64,000 nucleotides of DNA from Thermodesulfobacteriota bacterium (GTDB taxonomy: Bacteria; Desulfobacterota; RBG-13-43-22), in the NCBI GenBank assembly GCA_049520575.1, contig JBEKPQ010000002.1, positions 32,834-96,833 of the forward strand, written 5' to 3'. Positions 32,773 to 43,933 of this stretch are shown here, piece by piece. Numbering within the stretch: the first letter of the stretch is position 1; every line of letters starts with the position of its first letter. The notes below the pieces were generated by a model. It saw only the letters and a program-made list of their open reading frames with translations, made no database searches and was not told the origin of the DNA. A program made the translations under genes and the position numbers.

Positions 32773-34138
32773 TTTCCTGACCTATCTTCCAGACATCCCC
32801 GGCACCCAAGGTAACCAATACATCTCCGGCCTTCATTATTTTCTGAAGAGATGAAATGACTTCCGCAGGATTGGAAAACAACCTCACCTCCCGGTGCCCT
32901 TTTCCCTTGATTCCCTCCATCAGGTATTCGGAATTGACCCCTTCTATCGGATCTTCACTGGCCGCATAAATGGGCAGCAACAGCAAGCAGTCGGCCTGAT
33001 AAAAGGAAGTGGTAAATTCATCAAAAAGGGCCTTGGTCCGGCTGAAACGATGGGGCTGAAAAACAACCACAATCCGGTGGTCGGGCCAGCATCCCCGAAC
33101 CGCATTCAGAGTGGCTCGAATCTCCGTCGGGTGATGGCCGTAGTCATCCAGGACGGTTACCCCCCGGTATTCCCCTCTGACCTGAAAACGCCGCTGAACC
33201 CCTTCCAAACTTTCAAAGGCCTCCTGGATCCGATTGAAAGGAACCTCTAATTCAAATCCAACGGCAATGGCTGCCAGCGAGTTATAGACATTATGGAGTC
33301 CTGGAAGTTTGAAATGAATCTCTCCCCAATCCTTTCCAGCGCTGTAAAGACGATATTGGCTGACCAGACCGTTCTGAATGACATCCCTGGCCTGAAAGTC
33401 GGCTTGAGCGGTCAAGCCATAGGTTCGATATCTCTTTTTGATTTGCGGGATCAAGGATAGTAAATGGGGATCGTCCAAACAAAGGATTGCCAGGCCGTAA
33501 AAAGGCAGCCGACTTAAGAAATCCAAAAAGGTATTCTGGATATGATCTAGGTCTTTATAGAAATCCAGATGCTCCAGATCTATATTGGTGACCACGGCAA
33601 TGCTCGGGGACAGATGCAGAAAAGATCCGTCGCTTTCATCAGCCTCCGCTACCAGAAAGGCCCCCTGCCCCAACCGGGCATTGCTCCCCCATTTATCCAA
33701 TCGTCCTCCGATAATTACCGTGGGATCCAATTCACCGTAGGCCAGGACGTTGGCCACCATGGAGGTGGTTGTTGTTTTTCCGTGAGACCCGGCCACGGCG
33801 ACACCATATTTCAGTCGCATTAACTCGGCCAGCATCTCTGCCCTGGGGATGACCGGCAGAAGGGCTTGCCTGGCCGCCAGGACTTCAGGGTTATCCGGCC
33901 GCACCGCCGAAGAGATGACCACCACCTCGGCCCCTTGAATATGTTCTCTCTTATGCCCGTAAGCAATTTCCCCGCCCAGGGATTTGAGACGGCGGGTGAT
34001 CTCGGTTTCTTTCAGGTCCGATCCGCTGACCTGATAACCGAGATTCAACAAGACCTCGGCAATACCGCTCATGCCGATACCGCCGATTCCTATAAAGTGA
34101 ATATGTTGAAAGCGAGGATACATGTATACCTCAACCAA
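32750..34138 (-). CDS. murC: UDP-N-acetylmuramate--L-alanine ligase
   Basis: GIGGIGMSGIA, GSHGKTTTTSM, EADESDGSF and DDYGHHPTEI. Confidence 0.97.
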   Translation of the reverse strand: MVEVYMYPRFQHIHFIGIGGIGMSGIAEVLLNLGYQVSGSDLKETEITRRLKSLGGEIAYGHKREHIQGAEVVVISSAVRPDNPEVLAARQALLPVIPRAEMLAELMRLKYGVAVAGSHGKTTTTSMVANVLAYGELDPTVIIGGRLDKWGSNARLGQGAFLVAEADESDGSFLHLSPSIAVVTNIDLEHLDFYKDLDHIQNTFLDFLSRLPFYGLAILCLDDPHLLSLIPQIKKRYRTYGLTAQADFQARDVIQNGLVSQYRLYSAGKDWGEIHFKLPGLHNVYNSLAAIAVGFELEVPFNRIQEAFESLEGVQRRFQVRGEYRGVTVLDDYGHHPTEIRATLNAVRGCWPDHRIVVVFQPHRFSRTKALFDEFTTSFYQADCLLLLPIYAASEDPIEGVNSEYLMEGIKGKGHREVRLFSNPAEVISSLQKIMKAGDVLVTLGAGDVWKIGQEIVSTTGS

Positions 34139-34191
34139 GACATTTTAAAGTTTTCAGTTAAGCCCCATTGAACTACAAATACCCTATCAAG

Positions 34192-34282
34192 TTGGAATAC
34201 TGGAATAATGGAATATTGGAATGACATCCTTGGGAAAAACCCTTCTTCCAATATTCCAATATTCCATCACTCCAACACTCCA
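34192..34282. repeat. Inverted heptamer array (GGAATAN / NTATTCC) inside the dcw operon
   Basis: ttggaatactggaataatggaatattggaatg ... ccaatattccaatattccatcactccaacactcca. Confidence 0.8.
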
Positions 34283-34286
34283 GGTT

Positions 34287-35393
34287 TTAATTCAACGATC
34301 CCTTGAATCCTTTTCTTTCATCAACCATTTGATAACAGGCTTCCACGATCTCCTCGGCGGCCTGCCGTCGGCCCAGGGCCCCGGCCTTTTTCCCCATGTG
34401 GGTTAATTTATCCCGATCGGCCAACCAGCCCCGAATGCGGTCCGCCAGGACGCCAGGCTTTATTTCACTTTCTAATATCATTTCCGCTGCCCCGGCATTA
34501 ACCAAGGACCGAGCATTGTGTTCCTGATGATTATTGGCGGCAAAAGGAAAAGGGATCAATAAGCTCGGTTTTCCCAGGGCCGTGATTTCACTTAAGGTCA
34601 TGGCCCCGGCCCGTCCGATGATCATATCCGACTGCCGGTAAGCCCAAACCATGTCTGAAATAAAAGCCATGACTTGGTGCTGGAAGTCTTTTTCCTGATA
34701 GGCCAGAGTAACCCCTTTTTCATCTTGTTCCCCCGTCTGATGAATAAAATAAAGATCATCTTTCCACGGCTTTAATTCATCCAAAGCATCTACGATCGTT
34801 TGATTGATACGGTGAGCCCCCTGGCTGCCTCCCAGAATTAATAAGGTGAGATGTCCCTCCAGAGAAACCTGGCGATCGGAGACCTCTTGAAATTCCTTTC
34901 GGATTGGGTTGCCTGTTATTTGACATTTCTTTTTTGGAAAATAGATCTCGCTTCCTTCAAAGGCCAAAAATACGCGATTCACCACCTTACCCAACAACCG
35001 ATTGGTTATTCCGGGGATCGAGTTCTGCTCTTGAACGGCACAAGGGAGATGCTTCCACCAAGCAGCCAGAACCATTGGTCCGGTAACATATCCCCCCACC
35101 CCCAGAATCACCTCCGGCCGAACCTCCTCAATAATTTTCAGAGAACTTCTAAAGGCCTGCGGAAGTTGAATCATCGATTGTATCTTTCCGGCCATCCCTT
35201 TGCCCTTGATCCCCTCCACCTTAAGGGTCCTGAAAGAAAACCCCCGTTCCCCCAATATCTTTGAATCCAGAGCCCGCTGGGTGACGACAAATTCCACCTG
35301 ATTTTCCCGATCTCTATTCATAAAGGCTTCCGCCAATGCAATGGCTGGGAACAAATGTCCCCCGGTCCCACCTCCCACAATCAGGATACGCAC
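34287..35393 (-). CDS. murG: Undecaprenyldiphospho-muramoylpentapeptide beta-N-acetylglucosaminyltransferase
   Basis: GGGTGGHLFP, GGY, EQN..PG.TN, GNPIR and GGSQGA; GTG start at 35393 after GAGG. Confidence 0.95.
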   Translation of the reverse strand: MRILIVGGGTGGHLFPAIALAEAFMNRDRENQVEFVVTQRALDSKILGERGFSFRTLKVEGIKGKGMAGKIQSMIQLPQAFRSSLKIIEEVRPEVILGVGGYVTGPMVLAAWWKHLPCAVQEQNSIPGITNRLLGKVVNRVFLAFEGSEIYFPKKKCQITGNPIRKEFQEVSDRQVSLEGHLTLLILGGSQGAHRINQTIVDALDELKPWKDDLYFIHQTGEQDEKGVTLAYQEKDFQHQVMAFISDMVWAYRQSDMIIGRAGAMTLSEITALGKPSLLIPFPFAANNHQEHNARSLVNAGAAEMILESEIKPGVLADRIRGWLADRDKLTHMGKKAGALGRRQAAEEIVEACYQMVDERKGFKGSLN

Positions 35394-36562
35394 CCCTTTT
35401 CCTCTTGATTCTGGGCGGTAAGATTCATCAGGATACCAATACAAATCATGTTCAGAAGAAGAGAAGACCCGCCATAACTCAAGAAAGGCAAGGTCAATCC
35501 CTTGGTTGGGAGAAGTCCCATAACCACCAACATATTGATCAAGGCCTGAAGGCCGATCATCACCGTAATCCCGACTACCAGGTACATTCCAAAAAGATCC
35601 TTTATCTTGACCGCCAACTGAAGGCATTTAATAATCAGGACCAGATATAAAGCTGCTATGATAAAAACGCCGATAAAACCAAATTCCTCCCCGACAATGG
35701 AAAAAATGAAATCAGTATGAGGTTCGGGTAGGTAAAAGAGTTTTTGCTGGCTCCCGGTTAATCCCCGTCCTACAAAGCCTCCTGAGCCGAAGGCCAGGAA
35801 AGAGTGCTTGAGGTGGAATCCTGAACCCAAAGGGTCCTTCCAGGGATCCAGATACGACAAGATCCTTATCCGGCGATAAGGAACCCTCCAGACCAGGAAA
35901 TAGGCCAAAGGGATCAAGGGGAAGATGGAGATGATCAAATGCTTCATCCGTACCCCGCCTACAAAGAGCATGATTCCGGTGATCAAGAGCAAAGTGATGG
36001 CCATTCCCAAATCCGGTTCTAAAAGGATCAGGGCGAGAAAAACCCCGACCACTCCCCAATGAAACAGAAAACCTTTCATTAAATCTTTCATCTGATCTCG
36101 ATACCTGGTCATGGACCAAGCTAAAAAAACAACCAGGACCAACTTGGAAAATTCCGCTGGTTGAATCGAGATGCCCGCCAATCGAAACCAGCGGGATGCC
36201 CCGCCCATGCGGGAACCGATCCCCGGGACAAGGACCAGGATTAAGCTTAAAAAACTACCCAGTAAAAGCCAGTAAACCCATTTTTGAAACTTTTGGTAAG
36301 GAATAAATCGAAAGACGATCATGGCCAAAAAACCGATTAAAGCAAAACAGGCTTGTTTCTGGGCGAAATAGAAGCTGTTATGGTACCGCCTGGCGGCCAA
36401 CTGAGAGCTAGCGCTGTAAACCATAACGATCCCAAAAATAACCAGGGCCATGGTTACCCCCAACCAGGTGTAATCGATTTTCCATTCGGGCTTAGCTTCT
36501 TGCTGCCCGGCATTGCTTTGAAAATCCAAAAGCTGATTTCTTTCAAAAAAGGACGAAGACAT
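35381..36562 (-). CDS. ftsW: Peptidoglycan polymerase FtsW
   Basis: GIVMVYSASS, QPAEFSK, EPDLG, LPEPHTDFIF and LPFLSYGGSS. Confidence 0.95.
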   Translation of the reverse strand: MSSSFFERNQLLDFQSNAGQQEAKPEWKIDYTWLGVTMALVIFGIVMVYSASSQLAARRYHNSFYFAQKQACFALIGFLAMIVFRFIPYQKFQKWVYWLLLGSFLSLILVLVPGIGSRMGGASRWFRLAGISIQPAEFSKLVLVVFLAWSMTRYRDQMKDLMKGFLFHWGVVGVFLALILLEPDLGMAITLLLITGIMLFVGGVRMKHLIISIFPLIPLAYFLVWRVPYRRIRILSYLDPWKDPLGSGFHLKHSFLAFGSGGFVGRGLTGSQQKLFYLPEPHTDFIFSIVGEEFGFIGVFIIAALYLVLIIKCLQLAVKIKDLFGMYLVVGITVMIGLQALINMLVVMGLLPTKGLTLPFLSYGGSSLLLNMICIGILMNLTAQNQEEKGCVS

Positions 36563-37926
36563 TAATTCCTTAATTCCCCCAGTGTTCTGACCGCTTGCTG
36601 AAAAACATTTCCTCTGTGGATATAATCCTGGAACATGTCAAAACTGGAACAGGCTGGAGAGAGCAGGACCACATCCCCTGACTGCCCTTGCTGAAAGGCC
36701 CAAAGGACCGCCTCCTCCAGGATGCCGGCGTATTCGGTTTTGGTCAGCCCTCCCAGTTGTTCCCTTATGATATCTCTGGCCTCTCCTATTAAAACCATGG
36801 CCTTGACCTTGGCTTGAACCAATTCCTTCAGGGGAAGATAGTCTCCACCTTTGTCGCGGCCGCCGGCAATCAAGATAATCGGCCGGTCAAAACCCTCTAA
36901 GGCCTTGACCACAGCCCCAACATTGGTGGCCTTGGAATCATCATAAAACCGTATCCCCTTAACCTGGCCGATATATTCCAATCGATGTCCGAATCCCTTA
37001 AAAGTCAAAAGGGTCTTTTGGACAGCCTCTGGGATCGCTCCCATCAAGCGGGCCCCGAGGATGGCTGCCAGGGCATTTTCCAGGTTGTGGACACCTGGTA
37101 AAGTAAATCCTTTCAAATCGTACGTCTCAAGTGTGGGGCCGATTTGAACAATAGCCTTGTGTTCCTCCAGATAAGCCCCCTGAGTGACTTGCCGGGTCCG
37201 GCTGAAAAAATAAACCGGCCCGCAGAGACTTTCCCCGATGGAACGACAAATCTCGTCATCCCAATTGACCACCGCCGGTTCATTTTCTTTTTGATTGCGA
37301 AAAAGCCCGGCCTTGGAGGCCACATAAGCCTGAAACCCGGGATAACGATCCAGATGATCCTCGGTGATATTCAAAAGGAGACCTACCTTGGGAGAGAAAT
37401 GACAGGCGGCATCCAATTGGAAACTGCTGATCTCCGCCACCACAATCTCTTTGTTTTGTCCGTTGAGGATATAGTCCGTCAAAGGCCGCCCGATATTTCC
37501 ACCCAGGAAAGTCTTCTTTCCGGAATTGACCAGCATTTCATTTAATAAGGCTGTTGTGGTTGTCTTGCCGTTAGTTCCTGTTATGGCGACCACCGGGGTT
37601 GTTGATCGATCGGCAAATACCTCGAGTTCCCCAAGGATCGGAATCCCTTTTCTCCGAGCGGCATTCAAGGCCGGGGTATCCAGAGGTATTCCGGGGCTGA
37701 CTAAGACCACATCCGCGGTTGAAAAAAAGGCCGGGCTGTGACCTCCACCCTCCAGAATCAAAGGAAGACCGATCCCTTGAAAAGAGGATACCATTTCTTG
37801 GAGTTCGGAAATTTTCCGGGAGTCGGACACCATCACCTCGGCCCCTTGACCCAATAGAAAGGACACCAAAGCCATCCCCGTTTTCCCCAGGCCGACCACC
37901 AGGATTTTTTTACCTTGAAAGTCCAA
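36562..37926 (-). CDS. murD: UDP-N-acetylmuramoyl-L-alanine--D-glutamate ligase
   Basis: ITGTNGKTTT, EISSFQL, DHLDRY, DDSKATN and LLSPACSSFD; TTG start. Confidence 0.96.
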   Translation of the reverse strand: MDFQGKKILVVGLGKTGMALVSFLLGQGAEVMVSDSRKISELQEMVSSFQGIGLPLILEGGGHSPAFFSTADVVLVSPGIPLDTPALNAARRKGIPILGELEVFADRSTTPVVAITGTNGKTTTTALLNEMLVNSGKKTFLGGNIGRPLTDYILNGQNKEIVVAEISSFQLDAACHFSPKVGLLLNITEDHLDRYPGFQAYVASKAGLFRNQKENEPAVVNWDDEICRSIGESLCGPVYFFSRTRQVTQGAYLEEHKAIVQIGPTLETYDLKGFTLPGVHNLENALAAILGARLMGAIPEAVQKTLLTFKGFGHRLEYIGQVKGIRFYDDSKATNVGAVVKALEGFDRPIILIAGGRDKGGDYLPLKELVQAKVKAMVLIGEARDIIREQLGGLTKTEYAGILEEAVLWAFQQGQSGDVVLLSPACSSFDMFQDYIHRGNVFQQAVRTLGELRN

Positions 37927-37936
37927 AAAAAATTCC

Positions 37937-39016
37937 TCATCTGAGTTTTAGTGTACTCAGGGATATTAAACTCAGGATCACAGCGATGATCCAAAAACGA
38001 ACGATTATTTTGGGTTCCGGCCAGCCCTTCAACTCAAAATGATGGTGTAAGGGGGCCATTCGGAAAATCCGTTTCCCCCGGGTCATTTTGAAATAGCCCA
38101 CCTGAAAGATGACCGAGAGGGCCTCAATCAAAAAAAGTCCGCCGACAATGATCAATAATATTTCATTTTTGGTGATCACCGCTACGGTTCCCAAGGCGGC
38201 CCCAAGAGGCAGGGAGCCCACATCTCCCATAAAAAGCTGGGCCGGATAGCTGTTGAACCAGAGGAAGCCCATACCGGCTCCGACCATGGCCCCGCAAAAA
38301 ACAGACAACTCTCCTGACCCGGGAACAAATGGGATCTGGAGATAATTGGCAATCTTGACGTTTCCACTTAGGTAACTGAGCAGCAAAAAGGTGCCGAACG
38401 CGATTGTGGCCGGGCCGATGGCCAGACCGTCCAGCCCATCAGTCAAATTGACGGCATTAGAGAAGCCGACGATGATAAATAAAGCCAAAAGGATGTACCC
38501 CCAATAAAGATCCGGGGTCATGGCTTTAAAAAAAGGGATGTTCAAACGAGTACTATATTTAAAATTCAGATACAGAAAGATGGCCGGTATCAGAGCAATA
38601 ACAATCTGGACGATAAATTTGGCCCTGGCGCTGAAGCCCTTGTTCCTCTTTTTGATCAGCATCAAATAGTCATCCCAAAAGCCGATCCCCCCAAAACATA
38701 AGGTGACCAACAGGACCAGCCAGATATAGACATTGGTCAGATCGGCCCAGGAAAGAGTGGCCGCAAAGACGGCAAAAAGGATCAACACCCCGCCCATTGT
38801 TGGAGTCCCCTCTTTACTGAAATGGGAACGGGGGCCGTCCTCCCGAATATACTGCCCAATTTGATATTTGGTCAGCAGTCGAACCACATAAGGGCCGAGA
38901 AGAAAGGTGATCAGCAGGGCCGTCAGGGTGGAATAGATGGTCCTTAAGGTAATGTATCGGAAGACATTAAAGAAAGAGACCTGATCATGTAAGGCATATA
39001 ACAGATAATACAACAT
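37937..39016 (-). CDS. mraY: Phospho-N-acetylmuramoyl-pentapeptide transferase
   Basis: [31 protein letters not shown] and MAPLHHHFE. Confidence 0.97.
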   Translation of the reverse strand: MLYYLLYALHDQVSFFNVFRYITLRTIYSTLTALLITFLLGPYVVRLLTKYQIGQYIREDGPRSHFSKEGTPTMGGVLILFAVFAATLSWADLTNVYIWLVLLVTLCFGGIGFWDDYLMLIKKRNKGFSARAKFIVQIVIALIPAIFLYLNFKYSTRLNIPFFKAMTPDLYWGYILLALFIIVGFSNAVNLTDGLDGLAIGPATIAFGTFLLLSYLSGNVKIANYLQIPFVPGSGELSVFCGAMVGAGMGFLWFNSYPAQLFMGDVGSLPLGAALGTVAVITKNEILLIIVGGLFLIEALSVIFQVGYFKMTRGKRIFRMAPLHHHFELKGWPEPKIIVRFWIIAVILSLISLSTLKLR

Positions 39017-39019
39017 GGC

Positions 39020-40414
39020 TTACTCTTGCTCCTCCAAGACCCTGACGATGGATTCCATGTCCAGACCATGGGACCCCTTGACCAACAGCCAATCCCCTTC
39101 CCGGATGATGCCCCTTAATAGATCAATTGTTTTTTTATGATCCGATGCCCAGAAGGCCTTTTGAGGAGGGTTTAGACCGCTTTGGGCTTCTGTCAGCATC
39201 TCTTCGGAAAACGGCCCCAAACCCAGAAGATAATCCACCCCCATGGTCCCGATCATCCTGCCGATTTCTTTGTGGGCCTCAGATGACTGATTCCCCAGTT
39301 CCAGCATATCTCCAAGAACCAGCCCTCCCCTTGTCCCTTGCCTTAAAGATTGGAAGACATTCAAGGCGGCTTTCATCGATGCCGGATTGGCATTATAGGT
39401 GTCGTCTATTAAACGGACTCCCAGGATGCCTTTTTTAATCTGTAGCCTGTGTTCAGGGAGTTGAAAATCCTTCAAACCTTGCCGGACTCTTTCCAGGGAA
39501 AGGCCGAGGGCCAAGGCCGTTGCCGCGGCCCCTAGGGCATTACTGATATTATGTGCTCCCTGAATAGGCAAAAATATTTCTTCTTCTCCCTGAAAAAGGA
39601 TTCGGAACCGAGTACCCCGGTCAGTTAGGGATAATCGATCCGCCCTGACCTGCGCCTCTGTCGCCTGCCCAAAGGTTATTTTTCGGGCCTTGCAAGTTCG
39701 AGCCAGATCCCGTATCCTTGGATCATCCCAATTGACCACCCCCCAATGGTCCGGTTCAAGGGCTTCAAAGAGTTCCCCCTTGGCCCTGGCCACGGCCGAA
39801 AGGGTTCCCAAACCCTCCAAGTGGGCTGGCCCGATATTGGTCAGCAACCCCACGGATGGCCGTGCTATCTGACATAATCGGGCGATCTCTCCGGAATGAT
39901 TCATGCCCATTTCCATGACAGCAAAACGATGTCCTCCATCTAAAGAAAAAAGACTCAAAGGCAAACCGATCCAGTTATTCATGTTGCCCGGATTTTTTAA
40001 GGTCGGGCCTTCCTGTTCCAAAATGGCCGCCAGCATTTCCTTGGTCGTCGTCTTTCCGTTACTCCCGCTGATCCCGATCAGGGTTACCGGAAATTTCCTG
40101 CGCCAAAGCGAAGCTAAGTCTCCTAAGGCCGAGAGAGTATCCTTGACCTGTATAACCAACTTATCCGCCGGAAGTATCCCCGGTTCTGTGAGCTCGGAAA
40201 CCAGGACGGCTGCTGCCCCTTTTTCAAAAGCCTGGCGGACATGATCGTGACCGTTAAATCGGGGGCCTTTCAAGGCAATAAACAGATCCCCGGCCTTCAG
40301 GGTCCTGGTATCGGTCGATACTCCGCTGGCCTTTCCCTCCAGATCTCCCTGAATCAGCCGGCCGGATAGGCCGGAAATCAATTCGTCCCATACCAGTTCA
40401 TCCGTGCTGAACAT
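39020..40414 (-). CDS. murF: UDP-N-acetylmuramoyl-tripeptide--D-Ala-D-Ala ligase
   Basis: SGSNGKTTTKEM, EMGMNHSGEI, DDTYNANPASM and LVKGSHG. Confidence 0.95.
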   Translation of the reverse strand: MFSTDELVWDELISGLSGRLIQGDLEGKASGVSTDTRTLKAGDLFIALKGPRFNGHDHVRQAFEKGAAAVLVSELTEPGILPADKLVIQVKDTLSALGDLASLWRRKFPVTLIGISGSNGKTTTKEMLAAILEQEGPTLKNPGNMNNWIGLPLSLFSLDGGHRFAVMEMGMNHSGEIARLCQIARPSVGLLTNIGPAHLEGLGTLSAVARAKGELFEALEPDHWGVVNWDDPRIRDLARTCKARKITFGQATEAQVRADRLSLTDRGTRFRILFQGEEEIFLPIQGAHNISNALGAAATALALGLSLERVRQGLKDFQLPEHRLQIKKGILGVRLIDDTYNANPASMKAALNVFQSLRQGTRGGLVLGDMLELGNQSSEAHKEIGRMIGTMGVDYLLGLGPFSEEMLTEAQSGLNPPQKAFWASDHKKTIDLLRGIIREGDWLLVKGSHGLDMESIVRVLEEQE

Positions 40415-41942
40415 CCTTAGCCTCTATGGCCTTCCGGACTTCTTCCCGATCATCAAAGTCAACAGTTTTTGAACCAAGAAGTTGATAAGTTTCATGCCCT
40501 TTCCCGGCAATCAAGACTTTGTGTCCGGACAGGCCCAGGTTGACGGCCAAGGCAATGGCCTCCCTACGATCAGGAACTATGGTATATCCGGGAGATTCAG
40601 GGATTTCTTTCAAATCCTTCCGATCCAGAAAAGTTACGCCTTGTTCCTTCAACCCTTGTTCAATATCCAAAATAATTTTTTCAGGATCCTCGGACCTCGG
40701 ATTATCCGAAGTGATTATCGTCAGGTGACTCAGTTGCCCGGCAATACGACCCATGATTGGCCGTTTTTGTTGATCTCGGTCCCCGCCGCAGCCGAATACG
40801 GTCAGGATTTTTCCTTCGCCATATCCATTCAAAGCCGACAAGGCAAAACGCAGGGCCTCCGGCTTATGAGAATAATCCACCAGAATAGTCAGACCCTTTT
40901 TATTGGGAACCGGTTCCATACGGCCGGGTACGATCGTCAGGGATTCAATCCCTTTTTGAATAATATTCCCCTTCAGAAGAAAACCCTCTCCCACCGCCCA
41001 GGCAGCCAGGATATTGTACATATTAAAACGCCCGATTAAGGAGGACTTAATAGGATATTCACCCTGGGGTGTCTGAATTCTGGCCTGGATTCCATTTAAA
41101 CTCGAGCGAATCTCTAAAGGAAAGTAAGAGGCCTTATGCTCTATCCCAAAATCTTTTTTAGGATCTTGACATTCCCGCCAAAGCCGTTGTCCATAAGGAT
41201 CATCACGATTAATAATGGCCAGACCTTTCCCATTTTTTTTAAGGTGTTGATGAAAAAGTCCGGTCTTGGCCTGAAAATACAATTCCATATCCTGGTGGTA
41301 GTCCAGATGATCCTGAGATAGATTGGTGAACACCGCCTGATCAAAAACCATTTCCCCCAACCTTCCCTGATCCAGAGCGTGGGAGGAAACCTCCATGACG
41401 ACATGGGTGATCCCCTCCCTGACCATTTCGGCCAACAGGGCCTGCAGATCCAGAGATTCCGGTGTGGTTACCGGTGCAGGCTTTACCTTGGCCCCATAAC
41501 GATAAGAGACCGTTCCCAAAACACCAACCGAAAATCCGGCTGTATGTAATATCGATTCGACCAGGTAAGACGTGGTCGTCTTTCCACTCGTTCCGGTGAT
41601 GCCGATCAGCCGGAGTCGGGAAGCGGGATAGCCATAAAAACAGGCCGACAAAAGCGAGAGGGCCTGCCGGCTGTTTTTAACCTTGATCTGAGTCACCGAA
41701 GGAGGGACAGTCCCCTCCTCTTTCTCAACTACAATGGTCCGAGCCCCGTTTTTAACCGCTTGTTCTATAAAACGGTGCCCATCAGCCTTGTGACCCTTTA
41801 TGGCTACAAACAACCCTTTCCCCATGACCTTCCTGGAGTCATAAGCCAGGTTGGTTATTTCCTGAGCCGTATCCCCTTTGATCTCTGTCCCGGGCAGTGC
41901 TTTTACTAATTTTTTGAGCTGCAAAAAATTCTTTCTCTTCAC
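40398..41942 (-). CDS. murE: UDP-N-acetylmuramoyl-dipeptide--meso-DAP ligase
   Basis: GITGTSGKTTT, TTPES, MEVSSH, DHLDYH, GCGGDRD and SDNPRSE (DNPR = mDAP specificity motif). Confidence 0.96.
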   Translation of the reverse strand: MKRKNFLQLKKLVKALPGTEIKGDTAQEITNLAYDSRKVMGKGLFVAIKGHKADGHRFIEQAVKNGARTIVVEKEEGTVPPSVTQIKVKNSRQALSLLSACFYGYPASRLRLIGITGTSGKTTTSYLVESILHTAGFSVGVLGTVSYRYGAKVKPAPVTTPESLDLQALLAEMVREGITHVVMEVSSHALDQGRLGEMVFDQAVFTNLSQDHLDYHQDMELYFQAKTGLFHQHLKKNGKGLAIINRDDPYGQRLWRECQDPKKDFGIEHKASYFPLEIRSSLNGIQARIQTPQGEYPIKSSLIGRFNMYNILAAWAVGEGFLLKGNIIQKGIESLTIVPGRMEPVPNKKGLTILVDYSHKPEALRFALSALNGYGEGKILTVFGCGGDRDQQKRPIMGRIAGQLSHLTIITSDNPRSEDPEKIILDIEQGLKEQGVTFLDRKDLKEIPESPGYTIVPDRREAIALAVNLGLSGHKVLIAGKGHETYQLLGSKTVDFDDREEVRKAIEAKDVQHG

Positions 41943-43933
41943 AGAACCGGCTGAAATTGGACCTGACAGCGGGTTTTCTGATTTAAAATCGTACCGGGCA
42001 AGGGCGATTGGGCCATGGCCTTTCCGCTCCCCAGGAAAACGACCGGGATTTCATATCCTTTCATAACCTCAAGTACTTTACGCATACTCATTCCCCGGAT
42101 ATCAGGCATGATCCGCTTGGTTTGTAAATCCGCCGGACTGACCTTCTCTTCTTCTCCGGTCTTTTGGGCCATGATCAAAGGGGCCATGTCCGGTTTCTCG
42201 TAAAGAGGCTCATCGGGCTGCTCAGAGGGTACAACCGGTGCAGGCCGTCTTATGCCCAGTATGGATAAAGATTGCTCGGCTATCGCCTTGAAAATCGGGG
42301 CCGCAACTACTCCCCCATAATGGGATCCCTTGGGTTCGTCAACCACCACCAGGATGACCAAAGAAGGATCTTCGGCAGGAAGGAAGCCCATAAAATTGGA
42401 CATATATCTCCCCGGCGCATAATTCCTGGTCTCCGGTGAAACCTTCTGGGCCGTACCTGTCTTTCCTCCGACCGAAAGGCCCTCTATGGCCGCCTGAGGG
42501 GCCGTTCCTCCTTCTTCAGTCACCCGGGTCAAGAGACTTCGCATCAACCGGGCTGTTTCCGGAGAGATGACCTGACGTACGCATTGAGAGGAAAATTGTT
42601 TAACTGGGTTCCCTTTCTGATCGAGAATTTGCCGGACCACGTAGGGTTTCATCAAACGGCCGTTATTGGCAATGGCCCCCAAGGCGCAGGCCAGTTGAAG
42701 CGCGGTCACCGTGACCCCCTGCCCAAAACAGATATTGGAGGCCTCAATTTCTCCCCAACGATGGTAAGGCCAGACCACTCCACTGACTTCCCCTGGCAGA
42801 TCAATGGCCGTTTCTTTTCCAAAGCCGAAATTTTTAAGATAGGTATAATGCGTCTTGGGCCCTACCTTTTTCCCAATTTTAGTGGCTCCGATATTACTGG
42901 AAACTTTGAGCACATCCTGGAAAGAAAGCCACCCATGGGGGTGGGCATCATGAATCACATGGCTTCCCACCCGATAGTTCCCGTTCTCACAGAAAATCAT
43001 ATCATTGGGGGAAAACTTTTTTTCCTCCAGGGCGCTGGCCAACAAAAAAGTCTTAAAGGTCGATCCCGGCTCAAAGGTATCGGTTATGGCCTGGTTCCTT
43101 CTAAAGGACGCCGGAGTCTTTTGAAAGATATTCAAATTAAAGGTCGGGTAATTGGCCAGAGCAAGTATCTCCCCGGTTTTAGGATTCAGTACAATGGCCA
43201 TCCCCCCTTTGGCCTGGGCCTTAATCACACCTTTTTTTAATTCTTTTTCAGTAAAATATTGTATGTTTTTATCAAGGGTCAAGACCAGGCTTAAGCCTTC
43301 ATTTTCCTGGATAGACTCGACATCATTCAAATACAGAGACCGCCCCAAGGCATCTCGAAAACTGGGTTCATATAAATAAGGGCTCTTTAAATACGAATTG
43401 TATTGTCTCTCCAGACCTTCTAAACCATTGGGGTCCATTCCAATGAAGCCGATGACATGACAGGCCAGGTCTATATAGGGATAAAAGCGTTGGGCTTCTT
43501 TAGTAAAGGCCACCCCTTCCAAGGCCTTGGCCCGCACGGCCTCATATTCATTGGGGGTGGCCCGGCGTTTTATATAGACAAAGGGTTTTGAAGGATTAAG
43601 CAAATTGGAAAGATGTTTCTGGTCCATGGAAAGCAGGGGGCTTAATTGAACCGAGACTTCCTGGATGTTTTTTATTTCTTTGGGTTGGGCAAAAATAGAT
43701 TCCATTTCAACGGTCATAGCTAGTTCAAAACGGTTGCGGTCATAAATAATTCCCCGTTTATGGGACCTGGGAATCAGTTTTTCTATTTCTCCCTTGGCAA
43801 TCCTGGCCAATTTGGGTCCCTCCCACAACTGGAGCTGGACGGCCCGTCCGACGACCAAGATAAAGAGGAGACAAACTAGTCCAAAAACCCAATATAAACG
43901 AAAACGGATCCACTTAAATTCCGGTTCTCTCAT
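41939..43933 (-). CDS. ftsI: Penicillin-binding protein 3 with C-terminal PASTA domain
   Basis: EPGSTFK (SxxK), SSN, GKTGTAQK and PDIRGMSMR PASTA. Confidence 0.93.
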   Translation of the reverse strand: MREPEFKWIRFRLYWVFGLVCLLFILVVGRAVQLQLWEGPKLARIAKGEIEKLIPRSHKRGIIYDRNRFELAMTVEMESIFAQPKEIKNIQEVSVQLSPLLSMDQKHLSNLLNPSKPFVYIKRRATPNEYEAVRAKALEGVAFTKEAQRFYPYIDLACHVIGFIGMDPNGLEGLERQYNSYLKSPYLYEPSFRDALGRSLYLNDVESIQENEGLSLVLTLDKNIQYFTEKELKKGVIKAQAKGGMAIVLNPKTGEILALANYPTFNLNIFQKTPASFRRNQAITDTFEPGSTFKTFLLASALEEKKFSPNDMIFCENGNYRVGSHVIHDAHPHGWLSFQDVLKVSSNIGATKIGKKVGPKTHYTYLKNFGFGKETAIDLPGEVSGVVWPYHRWGEIEASNICFGQGVTVTALQLACALGAIANNGRLMKPYVVRQILDQKGNPVKQFSSQCVRQVISPETARLMRSLLTRVTEEGGTAPQAAIEGLSVGGKTGTAQKVSPETRNYAPGRYMSNFMGFLPAEDPSLVILVVVDEPKGSHYGGVVAAPIFKAIAEQSLSILGIRRPAPVVPSEQPDEPLYEKPDMAPLIMAQKTGEEEKVSPADLQTKRIMPDIRGMSMRKVLEVMKGYEIPVVFLGSGKAMAQSPLPGTILNQKTRCQVQFQPVL